Shown one piece after another: positions 19,298 through 30,171 of a stretch of DNA of 37,214 bases. Under the pieces are notes generated by a model. It made no database searches. It was given only the letters and a program-made list of their open reading frames with translations, and was not told the DNA's origin. The translations under genes were made by a program, and so were the position numbers. Numbering within the stretch: the first letter of the stretch is position 1; each line of letters begins with the position of its first letter. The stretch is from Clostridia bacterium (GTDB taxonomy: Bacteria; CBDUZB01; JAGLHV01): assembly GCA_030637025.1 (NCBI GenBank), contig DAOVVV010000026.1, forward strand, positions 1 to 37,214. Reading direction: 5' to 3'.

Positions 19298-19524
19298 AAA
19301 ATGTAATTAATGAAAAAAGTAAATTTCTTCCGGATTTTCCCGATAATAAAATTTATTATGGTTTATTCATTTTGATTATTTCATAAAATAAAAAAAGGAA
19401 AAATATTTTATAATTTTAGTTGTTTATAAGTTGTAAATAATCTTGTTTTTTAAGAGTCATATTAGCGAGGTTTCATGCAAATAAAATTAGCCTAAAATAA
19501 ATTTAAAGGTCAATAATTTTTTTC

Positions 19525-19553
19525 TTGACTTTAAAAAAAGAATATAGCATAAT
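19525..19553 (+). promoter_or_regulatory. Sigma70-type promoter for the gap operon
   Basis: TTGACT-17 nt-CATAAT. Confidence 0.55.
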
Positions 19554-19677
19554 TGGGTTTCTAATAAGTTAAGATGAGAAATCAATTCTAAGTTTACCTG
19601 TGTTGAATTATCGGATAAATTTCCCACTTAATTAATAAACAAATTTTATAGTTTTGGTTTGATTAACCATAATATAA

Positions 19678-20715
<1,038 letters not shown>

Positions 20716-20731
20716 GGGGGATATTTTTTAT

Positions 20732-21925
20732 ATGGCTAAAATGACAATAAAAGATATAACTTTAAGAAATAAGGTTTTAATGCGGGTAGACTTTAATGTT
20801 CCATTAAATGAAAAAAGAGAAATTACAGATACTACCCGCATAGAAAGAGTATTGCCTTCTATAAAATATCTTTTAGAGAAAAATTGCAGTTTAATTTTGA
20901 TGTCTCATTTGGGAAGACCCAAAGGGAAAGTAGTTTCTGCTTTGAGTTTAGCTCCGGTAGCTATAAAATTAGAAGAATTATTAGGGCAAAAGGTTCTGAT
21001 GGCTTCCGACTGTATAGGGGGTGAGGTAGAGAGTGTGGTAAATAATCTTAAACCGGGGGAAATTATACTTTTGGAAAATTTACGTTTTCATCCTGAAGAG
21101 GAAAAGAACGACGAAGTTTTTGCTTCCCAGCTTGCTGCCTTAGGAGATATTTTTATACAGGATGCTTTTGGTACTGTTCATCGCGCACATGCTTCTACAG
21201 CAGGTATTTGTAAATTTTTACCTTCAGCAGCAGGATTTTTACTGGAGAAAGAAATTAAATTTTTAGATAATGCTTTACAAAAGCCAGCGCGTCCGTTTTT
21301 AGCTATTTTAGGAGGAGCAAAAGTATCTGATAAAATAGCGGTTATTGATAGCTTACTTAATAAGGTGGATTCCTTGTTAATTGGTGGGGCAATGGCTTAT
21401 ACCTTTTTGGAAGCACAGGGAATAAAAACAGGTAAATCCCTGGTAGAAAAAGATAAAATTGATTTAGCCGGAAAATTATTAAAGAAAGCAGAGAGAGAAA
21501 ATGTAGTTTTTTTACTTCCGACGGATCATGTTATTGCAGAAGAAATTAGTGAAACTGCAGAGACTAAAGTATCACAGGAAATAGAAATTCCCGATCAATG
21601 GATGGGGGTGGATATCGGGCCGATTACCATTAGACGTTATAAAGCAATAATAAAAGAAGCTAAAACTATTATTTGGAATGGGCCTATGGGTATTTTTGAG
21701 AATGAAAAATTTGCAGCAGGGACGATGCAGATTGCTCAAGCTATTGGCGAGGTTACTCAGGAGGGAGTGATTAGTATCGTGGGAGGAGGCGATTCGGTTG
21801 CTGCTGTGGAAAAAGCAGGGGTAAGCGATAAACTTTCTCATATTTCTACCGGAGGAGGAGCTTCCCTGGAATTACTGGAAGGGAAAGAGCTTCCGGGGAT
21901 TGCTGCCTTACAGGAAAAAGAATAA
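20732..21925 (+). CDS. pgk: Phosphoglycerate kinase
   Basis: RVDFNVP, SHLGRPKG, LLENLRF, DAFGTVHRAHAS, GGAKVSDKI, WNGPMG, HISTGGGASLE. Confidence 0.99.
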   Translation: MAKMTIKDITLRNKVLMRVDFNVPLNEKREITDTTRIERVLPSIKYLLEKNCSLILMSHLGRPKGKVVSALSLAPVAIKLEELLGQKVLMASDCIGGEVESVVNNLKPGEIILLENLRFHPEEEKNDEVFASQLAALGDIFIQDAFGTVHRAHASTAGICKFLPSAAGFLLEKEIKFLDNALQKPARPFLAILGGAKVSDKIAVIDSLLNKVDSLLIGGAMAYTFLEAQGIKTGKSLVEKDKIDLAGKLLKKAERENVVFLLPTDHVIAEEISETAETKVSQEIEIPDQWMGVDIGPITIRRYKAIIKEAKTIIWNGPMGIFENEKFAAGTMQIAQAIGEVTQEGVISIVGGGDSVAAVEKAGVSDKLSHISTGGGASLELLEGKELPGIAALQEKE

Positions 21926-21926
21926 A

Positions 21927-22250
21927 TAGTCCGTAGATAGAAATAGACTTAGTCCATAGTCCACAGTCGATAGTCCATAGACAACAGATAACAAATAACA
22001 GAAAGTTATAAGTTATTAATTATGAGTTATAAATTAAAGACAAAAACAAATACTAAATTCGAAACAAAGATTAAAGGCAGGCACAAAGGCATCAAGGCAC
22101 AGAGGCACAAAGTAAAAAAAAGATAGTTTCCCCATTTGAAAAAGGGGGTAGGGGATTTAGAAAAAGACAGTTCGTAGATATGGTATTAAGAATAGTCAAA
22201 TATCGTTTTTGACTGTTTGGGACATAGTATTTATGAGTAATGAGTTATAG
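21927..22250 (+). repeat. Composite short-repeat array B (pgk-apgM intergenic)
   Basis: AGTC(C/G)A(T/C) x4 (21951-21978); ATAAC 7-mers; AGTTAT 7-mers (22003-22035); TTAAAGACAAAA linker; GGCAC 8-mer block (22078-22116); TCCCCATTTGAAAAAGGGGGTAGGGGATTT (22129-22158); AATAGTCAAA..TTTGACTGTT hairpin. Confidence 0.9.
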
Positions 22251-22281
22251 ATTTCTAATGATAAACGAAGAGGAAGAAAAA

Positions 22282-23490
22282 ATGGTAAGTCAGGAATTTT
22301 TAAGTAAATTAACCGTAAAAAATGATAAGAAAATTGTTTTATTGATTATGGATGGGTTAGGAGGGGTTCAGGATGAAGTTTCCGGTAAAACAGAATTGGA
22401 AACAGCCGATTGTCCTAATCTGGATGCTTTGGCTAAAGAAGGAATTTGTGGATTGAGCGATCCTATTTCTCCGGGAATAACCCCGGGTAGTGGGCCGGCT
22501 CATTTGTCCTTGTTTGGGTATGACCCGTTGCGTTATGAAATAGGGCGGGGTTTATTGGATAGTCTGGGTATTGATTTTGAATTTACACAACAGGATTTAG
22601 CTTCCAGAGGTAATTTTGCGACTTTAAATAAAGAGGGTATAATTACTGATCGCCGTGCGGGAAGGATAGCTACGGAAAAAAATTATCAGATTTGTGAAGA
22701 ACTTTTTTCTGATTTGAAAATTGATAATGTTAAAATTTTTGTAAAACCGGTAAAGGAGCATCGTCTTTCAGTTATTTTTAGAGGGGAAGGTCTTTCTGAT
22801 AAAATTAGCGATGTAGATCCGCAAAAAGAAGGATTAAAACCATTGTCGGCGAAAGCTTTGAATGATAGTGCGCAACGGGCAGCAGATATTGTGAATAAAT
22901 TCTTAAAGATGGCTAATGAAAAATTAACTAAATTTTTTCCGGCTAATACAATTTTATTAAGAGGCTTTTCCCGTATGGTGGACTTGCCTTCTTTTAAAGA
23001 AATATACAAATTGAATGCTGCAGCAATTGCCGGGTATCCTATGTATAGAGGGTTAGCCGGTTTACTGGGAATGGATGTTTTACCTGTTACTAAAACAATC
23101 GAAGAACAATTTAAGCTTTTAGAAAAAGAATTTGAAAATTATGATTTCTTTTTTATACATATAAAACAGACGGATAGTTCCGGTGAAGATGGAGATATGC
23201 CAAGAAAGGTGAAAATAATCGAGGAAGTGGACAGAAGTATTTCTTTGTTGAGGAAACTTTCTCCGGATGTAGTAGTGATTACCGGGGATCATTCTACTCC
23301 GGCCAGATTAAAAAGTCATAGTTGGCACCCTGTACCACTTTTGATTTATTCTCCTCATTGTCGTTTTGACACAGTAGAAAATTTTACTGAAACAGAATGT
23401 ATCAAAGGCGGGTTGGGCAGGATTTCTGCCGGAGAGATAATGGCTTTAGCTTTAGCTAATGCCGGAAAATTGATTAAGTATGGGGCATAA
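22282..23490 (+). CDS. apgM: 2,3-BPG-independent phosphoglycerate mutase, archaeal type (ApgM)
   Basis: IMDGLGG, KTELETA, PGSGPAHLSLFGYDP, DRRAGRI, AGYPMYRGLA, VITGDHSTP, HSWHPVP; likely start ATG 22282 after GAGG. Confidence 0.93.
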   Translation: MVSQEFLSKLTVKNDKKIVLLIMDGLGGVQDEVSGKTELETADCPNLDALAKEGICGLSDPISPGITPGSGPAHLSLFGYDPLRYEIGRGLLDSLGIDFEFTQQDLASRGNFATLNKEGIITDRRAGRIATEKNYQICEELFSDLKIDNVKIFVKPVKEHRLSVIFRGEGLSDKISDVDPQKEGLKPLSAKALNDSAQRAADIVNKFLKMANEKLTKFFPANTILLRGFSRMVDLPSFKEIYKLNAAAIAGYPMYRGLAGLLGMDVLPVTKTIEEQFKLLEKEFENYDFFFIHIKQTDSSGEDGDMPRKVKIIEEVDRSISLLRKLSPDVVVITGDHSTPARLKSHSWHPVPLLIYSPHCRFDTVENFTETECIKGGLGRISAGEIMALALANAGKLIKYGA

Positions 23491-23526
23491 TTAATTATAA
23501 TAATTATAGGAGGGAAAAAATAAAAA

Positions 23527-23892
23527 ATGGGAAAGATTTTATTAGGTATTCATATAATTGCTTGTGCAGGGTTAATAAGTTTTGTTCTTTTACAGGTAGG
23601 AAAAGGATCTGCTTTGACCGGTTTGTTCGGAGGAGGGGGAGGGAGTAGTGATTCTCTTTTTGGAGGAGTAGGAGGAAGTCCTTTTTTAAGAAAGATTACT
23701 ACAGGATTTGCTATTCTTTTTTTTACTACATCTTTAGTTTTAGCCGTAAGGGCTGCCAGATTTACACAAAGAAGTGTTGTGGAAAAAGCAGTACCGCAGG
23801 AATTGCCTGATGAAATAGAACCAACACCTGAAATGCAAGCAATACCTGATGCTTCTAAATTACCGGTTGATATAAAAGGAGAGAAAGATTAA
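23527..23892 (+). CDS. secG: Preprotein translocase subunit SecG
   Basis: VLLQVGKGS..LFGGGG..LFG..LRKITT two-TM pattern; followed by tRNA-Leu as is typical. Confidence 0.93.
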   Translation: MGKILLGIHIIACAGLISFVLLQVGKGSALTGLFGGGGGSSDSLFGGVGGSPFLRKITTGFAILFFTTSLVLAVRAARFTQRSVVEKAVPQELPDEIEPTPEMQAIPDASKLPVDIKGEKD

Positions 23893-23933
23893 AGTTTATT
23901 TCGAATTTAATGTGAAATAATGTGTTTAAAAGA

Positions 23934-23963
23934 TTAATAGATTCCTGTTTTCTCAGGAATGAC
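23934..23963. repeat. Second copy of the RS3/REP-like hairpin
   Basis: TTAATAGATTCCTGTTTTCTCAGGAATGAC versus TTAATAGATTCCTGCTTTCGCAGGAATGAC at 15565-15594. Confidence 0.8.
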
Positions 23964-24040
23964 CCGTTTTAAGGATTGGCAGGCAGGCAAAAAGGGTAAA
24001 AATTTTATATTGTATAAGGTTTGAAATTTTTAAAAAAGGA

Positions 24041-24122
24041 GGGCAGGTGGCGGAATTGGCATACGCGTGCGCTTGAGGGGCGTATAGGGAGACCTGTGCG
24101 GGTTCAAGTCCCGCTCTGCCCA
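24041..24122 (+). tRNA. tRNA-Leu(GAG)
   Basis: Acceptor GGGCAGG/TCTGCCC + A; D-arm TGGCGGAATTGGCATACGC; anticodon arm TGCGC-TTGAGGG-GCGTA; long variable arm; T-arm GCGGG-TTCAAGT-CCCGC; CCA not encoded. Confidence 0.97.
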
Positions 24123-24133
24123 TTATAAAAAAA

Positions 24134-24589
24134 ATGAAAAACAAAATAATAATTAAAATGATTTTATTTTTCAGTTTATTCCTTTTGGTTGGAAATGTTT
24201 TTTTATTAGGAGGAGAAAATAAAAAACAGAAAAGGGATACCTTTTTTAAAGAAGGTATAAAATATGCGAATAAAGGAATGAACACCCGTGCTATCGAGAA
24301 GTTTAAGCAATGTATTTTACTGGACGAACAATTTGTCGATGCTTATTGTAGTTTAGGGGTGGTCTATATTAATGAGAAAAGGTATAAAGAGGCTCTTTTA
24401 GTGTTGGAGAAGGCTGTGACTATAGATTCCCGGAAGGCTATTGCTTATTATCTTTTAGGAAAAGTTTATGAAAGGCAAAAAGAATATAGGCAGGCAATAA
24501 AAAACTGGGAAAACTTTCTTTTGTTAGAGCCGCATACTGCGCGTGCAACGGAAGTAAAAAAACGTTTGAAAATTTTGTCAGGAAAATAA
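24134..24589 (+). CDS. Exported TPR protein
   Basis: Signal-like N-terminus; about 3 TPRs (AYCSLGVVY, AYYLLGKVY, AIKNWENFL). Confidence 0.85.
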   Translation: MKNKIIIKMILFFSLFLLVGNVFLLGGENKKQKRDTFFKEGIKYANKGMNTRAIEKFKQCILLDEQFVDAYCSLGVVYINEKRYKEALLVLEKAVTIDSRKAIAYYLLGKVYERQKEYRQAIKNWENFLLLEPHTARATEVKKRLKILSGK

Positions 24590-24590
24590 A

Positions 24591-25193
24591 ATGAAATTAA
24601 CTAAAAATATAATTGTCTTAAGTTTTCTTTTTAGTGTTTTATATGTAGGATGTGTCCCTTTTGCAGTGGTCAAGGAGGATTATGATTTTAGTAAAATTAA
24701 TCGGGTTGGAGTATTAAATTTTTCTTCTTATGAAAAAGAGGGATATAATGTAGGAAGTGCAGTAGCTGATGAATTTGTTCGTCAGTTAATGACCAAAGGT
24801 ATGGATGTAGTAGAACGCCAGAGATTAAACGCTGTATTAAGAGAGCATAATTTGATGCAGCGGGGAATGGTGGATTTAAATGAAGAAACACGCAGGAAAA
24901 TAAAAAAGGTTTTAGGTATAGATGTACTGATTACCGGAACGGTAATAAAATGTTTGCCTGATCGTAAGGATGTTATTTATTTTAAAGATGAAGACGAAGA
25001 GATAAAAAGTAAGATATTTTTGATTGATGCTGAATTGGGAATTAGTGTGAGGATGATAGATGTAGATACAGGATTGATTGTCTGGAGCGGTTCTTATACC
25101 AGTAGTTCTTTCGATATAGAAGGAGCGATAAATTATACTGTTTCTGTGCTTTTGAATTCACTGAAGGGGAAAAATTTTTTTAAAAAAATATAA
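24591..25193 (+). CDS. CsgG/HfaB/DUF799-like lipoprotein
   Basis: Lipobox-like YVG-C; RVGVLNF, VVERQRLNAVLREH, LGIDVLITGTV, VRMIDVDTGLIVWS. Confidence 0.8.
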   Translation: MKLTKNIIVLSFLFSVLYVGCVPFAVVKEDYDFSKINRVGVLNFSSYEKEGYNVGSAVADEFVRQLMTKGMDVVERQRLNAVLREHNLMQRGMVDLNEETRRKIKKVLGIDVLITGTVIKCLPDRKDVIYFKDEDEEIKSKIFLIDAELGISVRMIDVDTGLIVWSGSYTSSSFDIEGAINYTVSVLLNSLKGKNFFKKI

Positions 25194-25221
25194 TTCTAAT
25201 TTAAAAAAGGAGAAGTTGAAA

Positions 25222-27978
25222 ATGGCAAGAAAAGAACCTAAATATGTTTATTTTTTTGGAAGTGAAAAAGCAGAAGGAAAAGGGAATATGAAGGATTTAT
25301 TAGGAGGGAAAGGGGCTGGATTGGCGGAAATGACCAGTTTAGGAGTTCCTGTTCCTGCCGGGTTTACTATTACTACCGAGGTTTGTAATTATTTCTATCA
25401 ACATAAACGGACACTGCCTTCTCAGTTGAACGGACAGATAAAAAAAGCTTTAGCTAAAATAGAGAAATCAATGGGTAAAAAATTCGGAGATAAAAATAAC
25501 CTTTTACTTGTTTCTGTGCGTAGCGGGGCTAAGTTTTCTATGCCGGGAATGATGGATACGGTTTTAAATTTAGGGTTAAACGATGAAAGCGTAGAGGGGT
25601 TGGCACAAAAGACGGGGAATAGAAGATTTGCCCTTGATTCTTATCGCCGGTTTATTCAAATGTTCGGTAATGTTGTTTTAGAAATGGATAAAGAAATATT
25701 TGAAGAGATTCTTTCTGCTAAAAAGCAGGAATGTGGAGTGAATTTAGATACCGAATTGACTGCTGAGGCATTGGATGATATTATTCTTAAGTTTAAAAAG
25801 GCAGTGAAACAAAAAGCAAGGATAAATTTTCCGCAGGATCCTTTTAAACAGTTAGAAATGTCCCGTGATGCGGTTTTTAGTTCCTGGAATAATCCCCGGG
25901 CCAAAACCTATCGCAAATTAAATAAAATTGCGGATAATCTGGGGACTGCGGTAAATATTCAAGCAATGGTATTCGGAAACATGGGAGAAACAAGTGCCAC
26001 GGGTGTAGGATTTACCCGGAACCCTTCAATAGGGGAAAAGGTTTTTTACGGGGAATATTTAATTAATGCCCAGGGAGAGGATGTTGTTGCCGGGGTTAGA
26101 ACTCCCCATCCGATTAATGATTTGTCCAAACAAATGCCAAAAATTTATAAACAGTTAAGGCAAATTACCGGCAAATTAGAAAAACATTATCGTGATGTTC
26201 AGGATTTTGAATTCACCGTAGAAGATAATAAGTTGTTTATGCTGCAGACACGAACAGGCAAAAGAACCGGATTTGCGGCAATAAGGATTGCAGTAGATAT
26301 GGTTAAAGAAGGTTTAATTAATAAGAAAGAAGCATTAATGCGGGTTGATCCGGAACAGATAAATCAACTCCTTCATCCTGTGTTTGATCCCAAGGAGCGT
26401 TTTACATATAAGGTTGTTGCCAAGGGGCTGGCTGCTTCACCCGGAGCGGCTAGCGGGAAAGTAGTTTTTACTGCCGATGAAGCAGTTGCTTATTCGGAAA
26501 AAGGGGAGAAAGTAATTTTAGTGCGTACGGAAACCTGTCCGGATGATATTCATGGTATGCATGCAGCGCAGGGAATTTTAACTGCTCGCGGAGGAATGAC
26601 CAGTCACGCTGCCGTAGTAGGTCGGGGAATGGGCAAAACCTGTGTGGTGGGATGCGGAGCTATAACCATTAATGAAAAACAGGAATATTTTAATGTTGGG
26701 GATATAAAGGTAAATAGAGACGATTATATTTCTATTGATGGGAATACAGGGGAAGTAATGCTGGGCAAAATTCCTACCCAACCCTCGGAGGTTCTTCAGG
26801 TATTTCAGGGAAAAATACAAGAGAAAAAATCAAAAGTTTTTCAATATTTTAAGAGTTTAATGAAATGGGCTAATGAAATTCGGGAAATCGGAATACGGGC
26901 TAATGCTGATATTCCTGTTGATGCTAAAGTAGCTTTCCAATTTGGAGCAGAAGGGATTGGCCTTTGTCGTACCGAACATATGTTTTTTGCCTCTGACAGA
27001 TTACCGGTAATGCAGGAGATGATTTTAGCTGAGACGGAAGAAGGAAGAAGAAAAGCTCTGGATAAATTATTAATTATGCAAAAAAGGGATTTCTACGGTC
27101 TTTTTAAAGAGATGAAAGGTCATCCGGTAATTATCAGGACACTTGATCCTCCTTTGCATGAATTTCTTCCTAAACGGGAAGAATTAATGGTGGAAGTTGC
27201 TTTGGCTAAAGGTAGAAAGCAGAAATTGAATGGAAAAGAAAAAATTCTTGCGCGGGTAGAGAAATTGCATGAACTTAATCCCATGTTGGGGCATAGGGGA
27301 TGTCGTTTGGGAATTACTTATCCGGAAATTACTGAAATGCAGGTAAGAGCTATTATAGAGGCGGCGTGTAAATTGGCTAAAGAAGGGAAAAAAGTGCTTC
27401 CGGAGATAATGATACCTTTAGTGGGGCATGTTAATGAATTAAAAAATCAAAAAGAAATAGCCGTTAAGATAGCAGAAGAAACAATAAAAAAGTATAAGGT
27501 TAAGATAAAATATATGATTGGAACAATGATTGAAATACCGCGTGCGGCATTGACTGCAGATGAAATTGCTCAGGAAGCGGAATTTTTCTCTTTTGGAACC
27601 AATGATATGACTCAAATGGGTTTTGGTTTTTCCCGGGATGATGCCGGTGCCTTTATTGCTCAATATTTAGATAAAAAGATTTTTACTGAAGATCCATTCC
27701 AGACATTGGATCAGGGAGGTATTGGAAAGTTAATGCAGATTGGAATAGATAATGGGCGTCGGGTAAAGAAGAATTTAGAAATAGGGATTTGCGGGGAACA
27801 TGGCGGTGATCCTGAATCGGTAAAGTTTTGTCATCGGGTAGGAATGAATTATGTTTCTTGTTCTCCTTATCGGGTTCCTGTTGCCTGTTTAGCTGCGGCG
27901 CAAGGGGCAATAGTGTCACCGAGAAAATCAGGCGTAAAAAACAAAAAATTAACAAAAAAAGCAAAGGGGAAAAAATAG
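25222..27978 (+). CDS. ppdK: Pyruvate, phosphate dikinase
   Basis: LLGGKGAGLAEM, LLVSVRSGA, NAQGEDVVAGVRTP, RGGMTSHAAVV (phospho-His), GIGLCRTEHMF, NPMLGHRGCR, GICGEHGGDP; ATG 25222 best spaced from AGGAG. Confidence 0.99.
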   Translation: MARKEPKYVYFFGSEKAEGKGNMKDLLGGKGAGLAEMTSLGVPVPAGFTITTEVCNYFYQHKRTLPSQLNGQIKKALAKIEKSMGKKFGDKNNLLLVSVRSGAKFSMPGMMDTVLNLGLNDESVEGLAQKTGNRRFALDSYRRFIQMFGNVVLEMDKEIFEEILSAKKQECGVNLDTELTAEALDDIILKFKKAVKQKARINFPQDPFKQLEMSRDAVFSSWNNPRAKTYRKLNKIADNLGTAVNIQAMVFGNMGETSATGVGFTRNPSIGEKVFYGEYLINAQGEDVVAGVRTPHPINDLSKQMPKIYKQLRQITGKLEKHYRDVQDFEFTVEDNKLFMLQTRTGKRTGFAAIRIAVDMVKEGLINKKEALMRVDPEQINQLLHPVFDPKERFTYKVVAKGLAASPGAASGKVVFTADEAVAYSEKGEKVILVRTETCPDDIHGMHAAQGILTARGGMTSHAAVVGRGMGKTCVVGCGAITINEKQEYFNVGDIKVNRDDYISIDGNTGEVMLGKIPTQPSEVLQVFQGKIQEKKSKVFQYFKSLMKWANEIREIGIRANADIPVDAKVAFQFGAEGIGLCRTEHMFFASDRLPVMQEMILAETEEGRRKALDKLLIMQKRDFYGLFKEMKGHPVIIRTLDPPLHEFLPKREELMVEVALAKGRKQKLNGKEKILARVEKLHELNPMLGHRGCRLGITYPEITEMQVRAIIEAACKLAKEGKKVLPEIMIPLVGHVNELKNQKEIAVKIAEETIKKYKVKIKYMIGTMIEIPRAALTADEIAQEAEFFSFGTNDMTQMGFGFSRDDAGAFIAQYLDKKIFTEDPFQTLDQGGIGKLMQIGIDNGRRVKKNLEIGICGEHGGDPESVKFCHRVGMNYVSCSPYRVPVACLAAAQGAIVSPRKSGVKNKKLTKKAKGKK

Positions 27979-28140
27979 ATTCTTGATTTATTAGCCGGAA
28001 AATTATAACTTTCGGTTTATAATGTTCAATAGATATTTACTGTCAAAAAAGGGGGGTGGTATTTAAAAATCAGGAAATTTCAGGACAAAGTCCAATTCGT
28101 AATAAAAAGGGTAAAAATAAAAAGGGAGGTAAAAGGCTTT

Positions 28141-28656
28141 ATGAAAAAAAGTACTATTTTGTTATTGTTAGTTATGTTTGTTTTCGTTATAGGGATGGGA
28201 GGGTGTGCAAAAAAACAAACAATTAAACCCGATGAAAAAATAGAAGAGGCGGAAGCAACTGATGAACAGGCGGAATTCATACCCGAAGAATCAGTGCGGG
28301 ATAAAAGCTTTAGTGATTCTTCTGACCTGGAAGATGTTTATTTTGGATTTGATAATTACAATGTTAGTTCCCGGTACAGAGCAATTTTAAATGAAAATGC
28401 TTCATGGCTTAATGATCAGGAAAATGCCTATATTCAGATAGAAGGACATTGTGATGAAAGAGGAACTATAGAGTATAATCTGGCTTTAGGACAGAGAAGA
28501 GCGACTAGTGTGCGGAATTATTTGATTAAACTGGGAATAGATCCCAAAAAGATATCTACTATAAGTTATGGAGAGGAAAAACCTTTTGATACCGGAAGTA
28601 ATGAAGATTCATGGGCAGCAAATAGAAGAGCTCACTTTTTAGTACGGTTTGAATAA
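28141..28656 (+). CDS. pal: Peptidoglycan-associated lipoprotein
   Basis: Lipobox MGG-C; VYFGFD, IEGHCDERGTIEYNLALGQRRA, ISYGEEKP, NRRA. Confidence 0.96.
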   Translation: MKKSTILLLLVMFVFVIGMGGCAKKQTIKPDEKIEEAEATDEQAEFIPEESVRDKSFSDSSDLEDVYFGFDNYNVSSRYRAILNENASWLNDQENAYIQIEGHCDERGTIEYNLALGQRRATSVRNYLIKLGIDPKKISTISYGEEKPFDTGSNEDSWAANRRAHFLVRFE

Positions 28657-28699
28657 GGCCCGTAAAAGGTTTTATCGGTTTTTTAAAGGGGAGTAAAAA

Positions 28700-29482
28700 A
28701 TGATAAAAAAGGTAATAATTGTTTTAGTAGGTGTTTTTTTTAGTGGTTGTGCTACTATGAATGAGTATAAAAGTATTCCTCCCAGGGTAAAAAAATTAGA
28801 AGATAAGTTAAATGATTTACAGAAGAATTATGCCGGCATGAATGCAAGAATTGACGAATTAAATATATCTGCACAAATTATAGATGGGAAGGTAGAAGAA
28901 AATCATTATAATATGAGTGATGTTTCGGGAAGGTTAGATGCAATTGAAAGTAATTTAGGCCAGCGTTTATTTTTACTGGAGGAGAAGGCAGGTTTTTCTG
29001 CAATACAAAGTTATCCTTCTTCTTCTAGTTCAACAAACCCGGCTCAAAAACAAAATATACCTAAAAGCAAAAATAAACAGTCCTTTAAAAGGTCAAAATC
29101 TTCTCCCCGTCAATTGTATCAGGCTGCTTATGATGACTATGTAAAGCGTAATTATGCTTTAGCCTTAACCGGGTTTCAGCAATATCTTAAACAATATCCT
29201 CAGGGAGAATTATCCAGTGGATCACAATATTGGGTTGGTGAATGTTATTATAGCCAGGGAGATTTTAAAAATGCTGCTTCTGAATTTGGTAAAGTAATTG
29301 CCCGTTATCCTAAGAGTAACAAGCTTCTTGCTGCAAAACTAAAAAAAGCATATTCTTTAGTTCAATTAGATAAACGAAAAGAAGCTATAGCTCTTTTTGG
29401 GGAAATTATTGATCAAAGTCCTCTCTCTACAGAAGCAAAGTTGTCTAAACGAAAAAAAGCGGAGCTGGAAAAAGAAGAATGA
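28700..29482 (+). CDS. cpoB: Tol-Pal system protein YbgF/CpoB
   Basis: Lipobox FSG-C, coiled coil, TPRs (LYQAAY, QYWVGECYY, YPKSNK); directly follows pal. Confidence 0.88.
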   Translation: MIKKVIIVLVGVFFSGCATMNEYKSIPPRVKKLEDKLNDLQKNYAGMNARIDELNISAQIIDGKVEENHYNMSDVSGRLDAIESNLGQRLFLLEEKAGFSAIQSYPSSSSSTNPAQKQNIPKSKNKQSFKRSKSSPRQLYQAAYDDYVKRNYALALTGFQQYLKQYPQGELSSGSQYWVGECYYSQGDFKNAASEFGKVIARYPKSNKLLAAKLKKAYSLVQLDKRKEAIALFGEIIDQSPLSTEAKLSKRKKAELEKEE

Positions 29483-30171
29483 GAGCGGTAAATATTAAGA
29501 AATATACTTTGCCACTATTGGATATAAGGAAAGCGATTGTTTTTTCTATTTGTTTACATATATTAATTTTGGGAATGAGTTCTTTTTTAAAGTCTTTTTA
29601 TTACAAAAAAACTTATTGGGTAATAGAACCTGTAGAATTAATACCTTTCGCTTCTTCTACGCCTGTAATAAAGAAAACCGCAAAAAAACAAGAAAAAAAG
29701 AAAAAAGAGAAAAAAAAGGTAATTATTCCATCTAAAGAAAAACCTATAGTTAAGAAAAAAATCCAAAAATCCAAAGAGAAAAAAGAGGATGAAAAAAATA
29801 CTATAACCCAGAAAGAAGAAACTATTCAGGAGGTACAGCCTACAGGTGGAATAGTTTCTATAGAAGGGAAAAAATTTCCTTTTGCTTATTATCTTGAACT
29901 TATTCAAAATAAGATTAATCACCAATGGCGTTCTCCTTGCAATGTTCTGGAAAATAAAAAAGTAGTGGTTTTTTTTAAAGTTCTTAAAGGGGGGCAGGTT
30001 AAAAATATTTCTTTAGAAGAGAGTTCGGGTGTTTTTCTTTTGGACCAATCAGCTTTACGGGCAATATGGCAGTCAGCCCCTTTTCCCCCTTTACCGCAGG
30101 GATATAAAAAAGATTTCTTAAATGTACATTTTAAGTTTGAGTTGAAGTTACAACAGGAAGGGTTAAAGTAA
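29479..30171 (+). CDS. tolA: TolA/TonB-family energy transducer
   Basis: TM with SxxxH (SICLH), Lys-rich linker, C-terminal SSG..LDQSALRAI..SAPFPPLP; translationally coupled to tolB. Confidence 0.8.
   Translation: MRAVNIKKYTLPLLDIRKAIVFSICLHILILGMSSFLKSFYYKKTYWVIEPVELIPFASSTPVIKKTAKKQEKKKKEKKKVIIPSKEKPIVKKKIQKSKEKKEDEKNTITQKEETIQEVQPTGGIVSIEGKKFPFAYYLELIQNKINHQWRSPCNVLENKKVVVFFKVLKGGQVKNISLEESSGVFLLDQSALRAIWQSAPFPPLPQGYKKDFLNVHFKFELKLQQEGLK

Noticed and set aside
24041-24122. tRNA-Leu as the integration site of an island
   Set aside because: No integrase and no duplicated tRNA 3' end seen in the window; downstream genes look like host genes.
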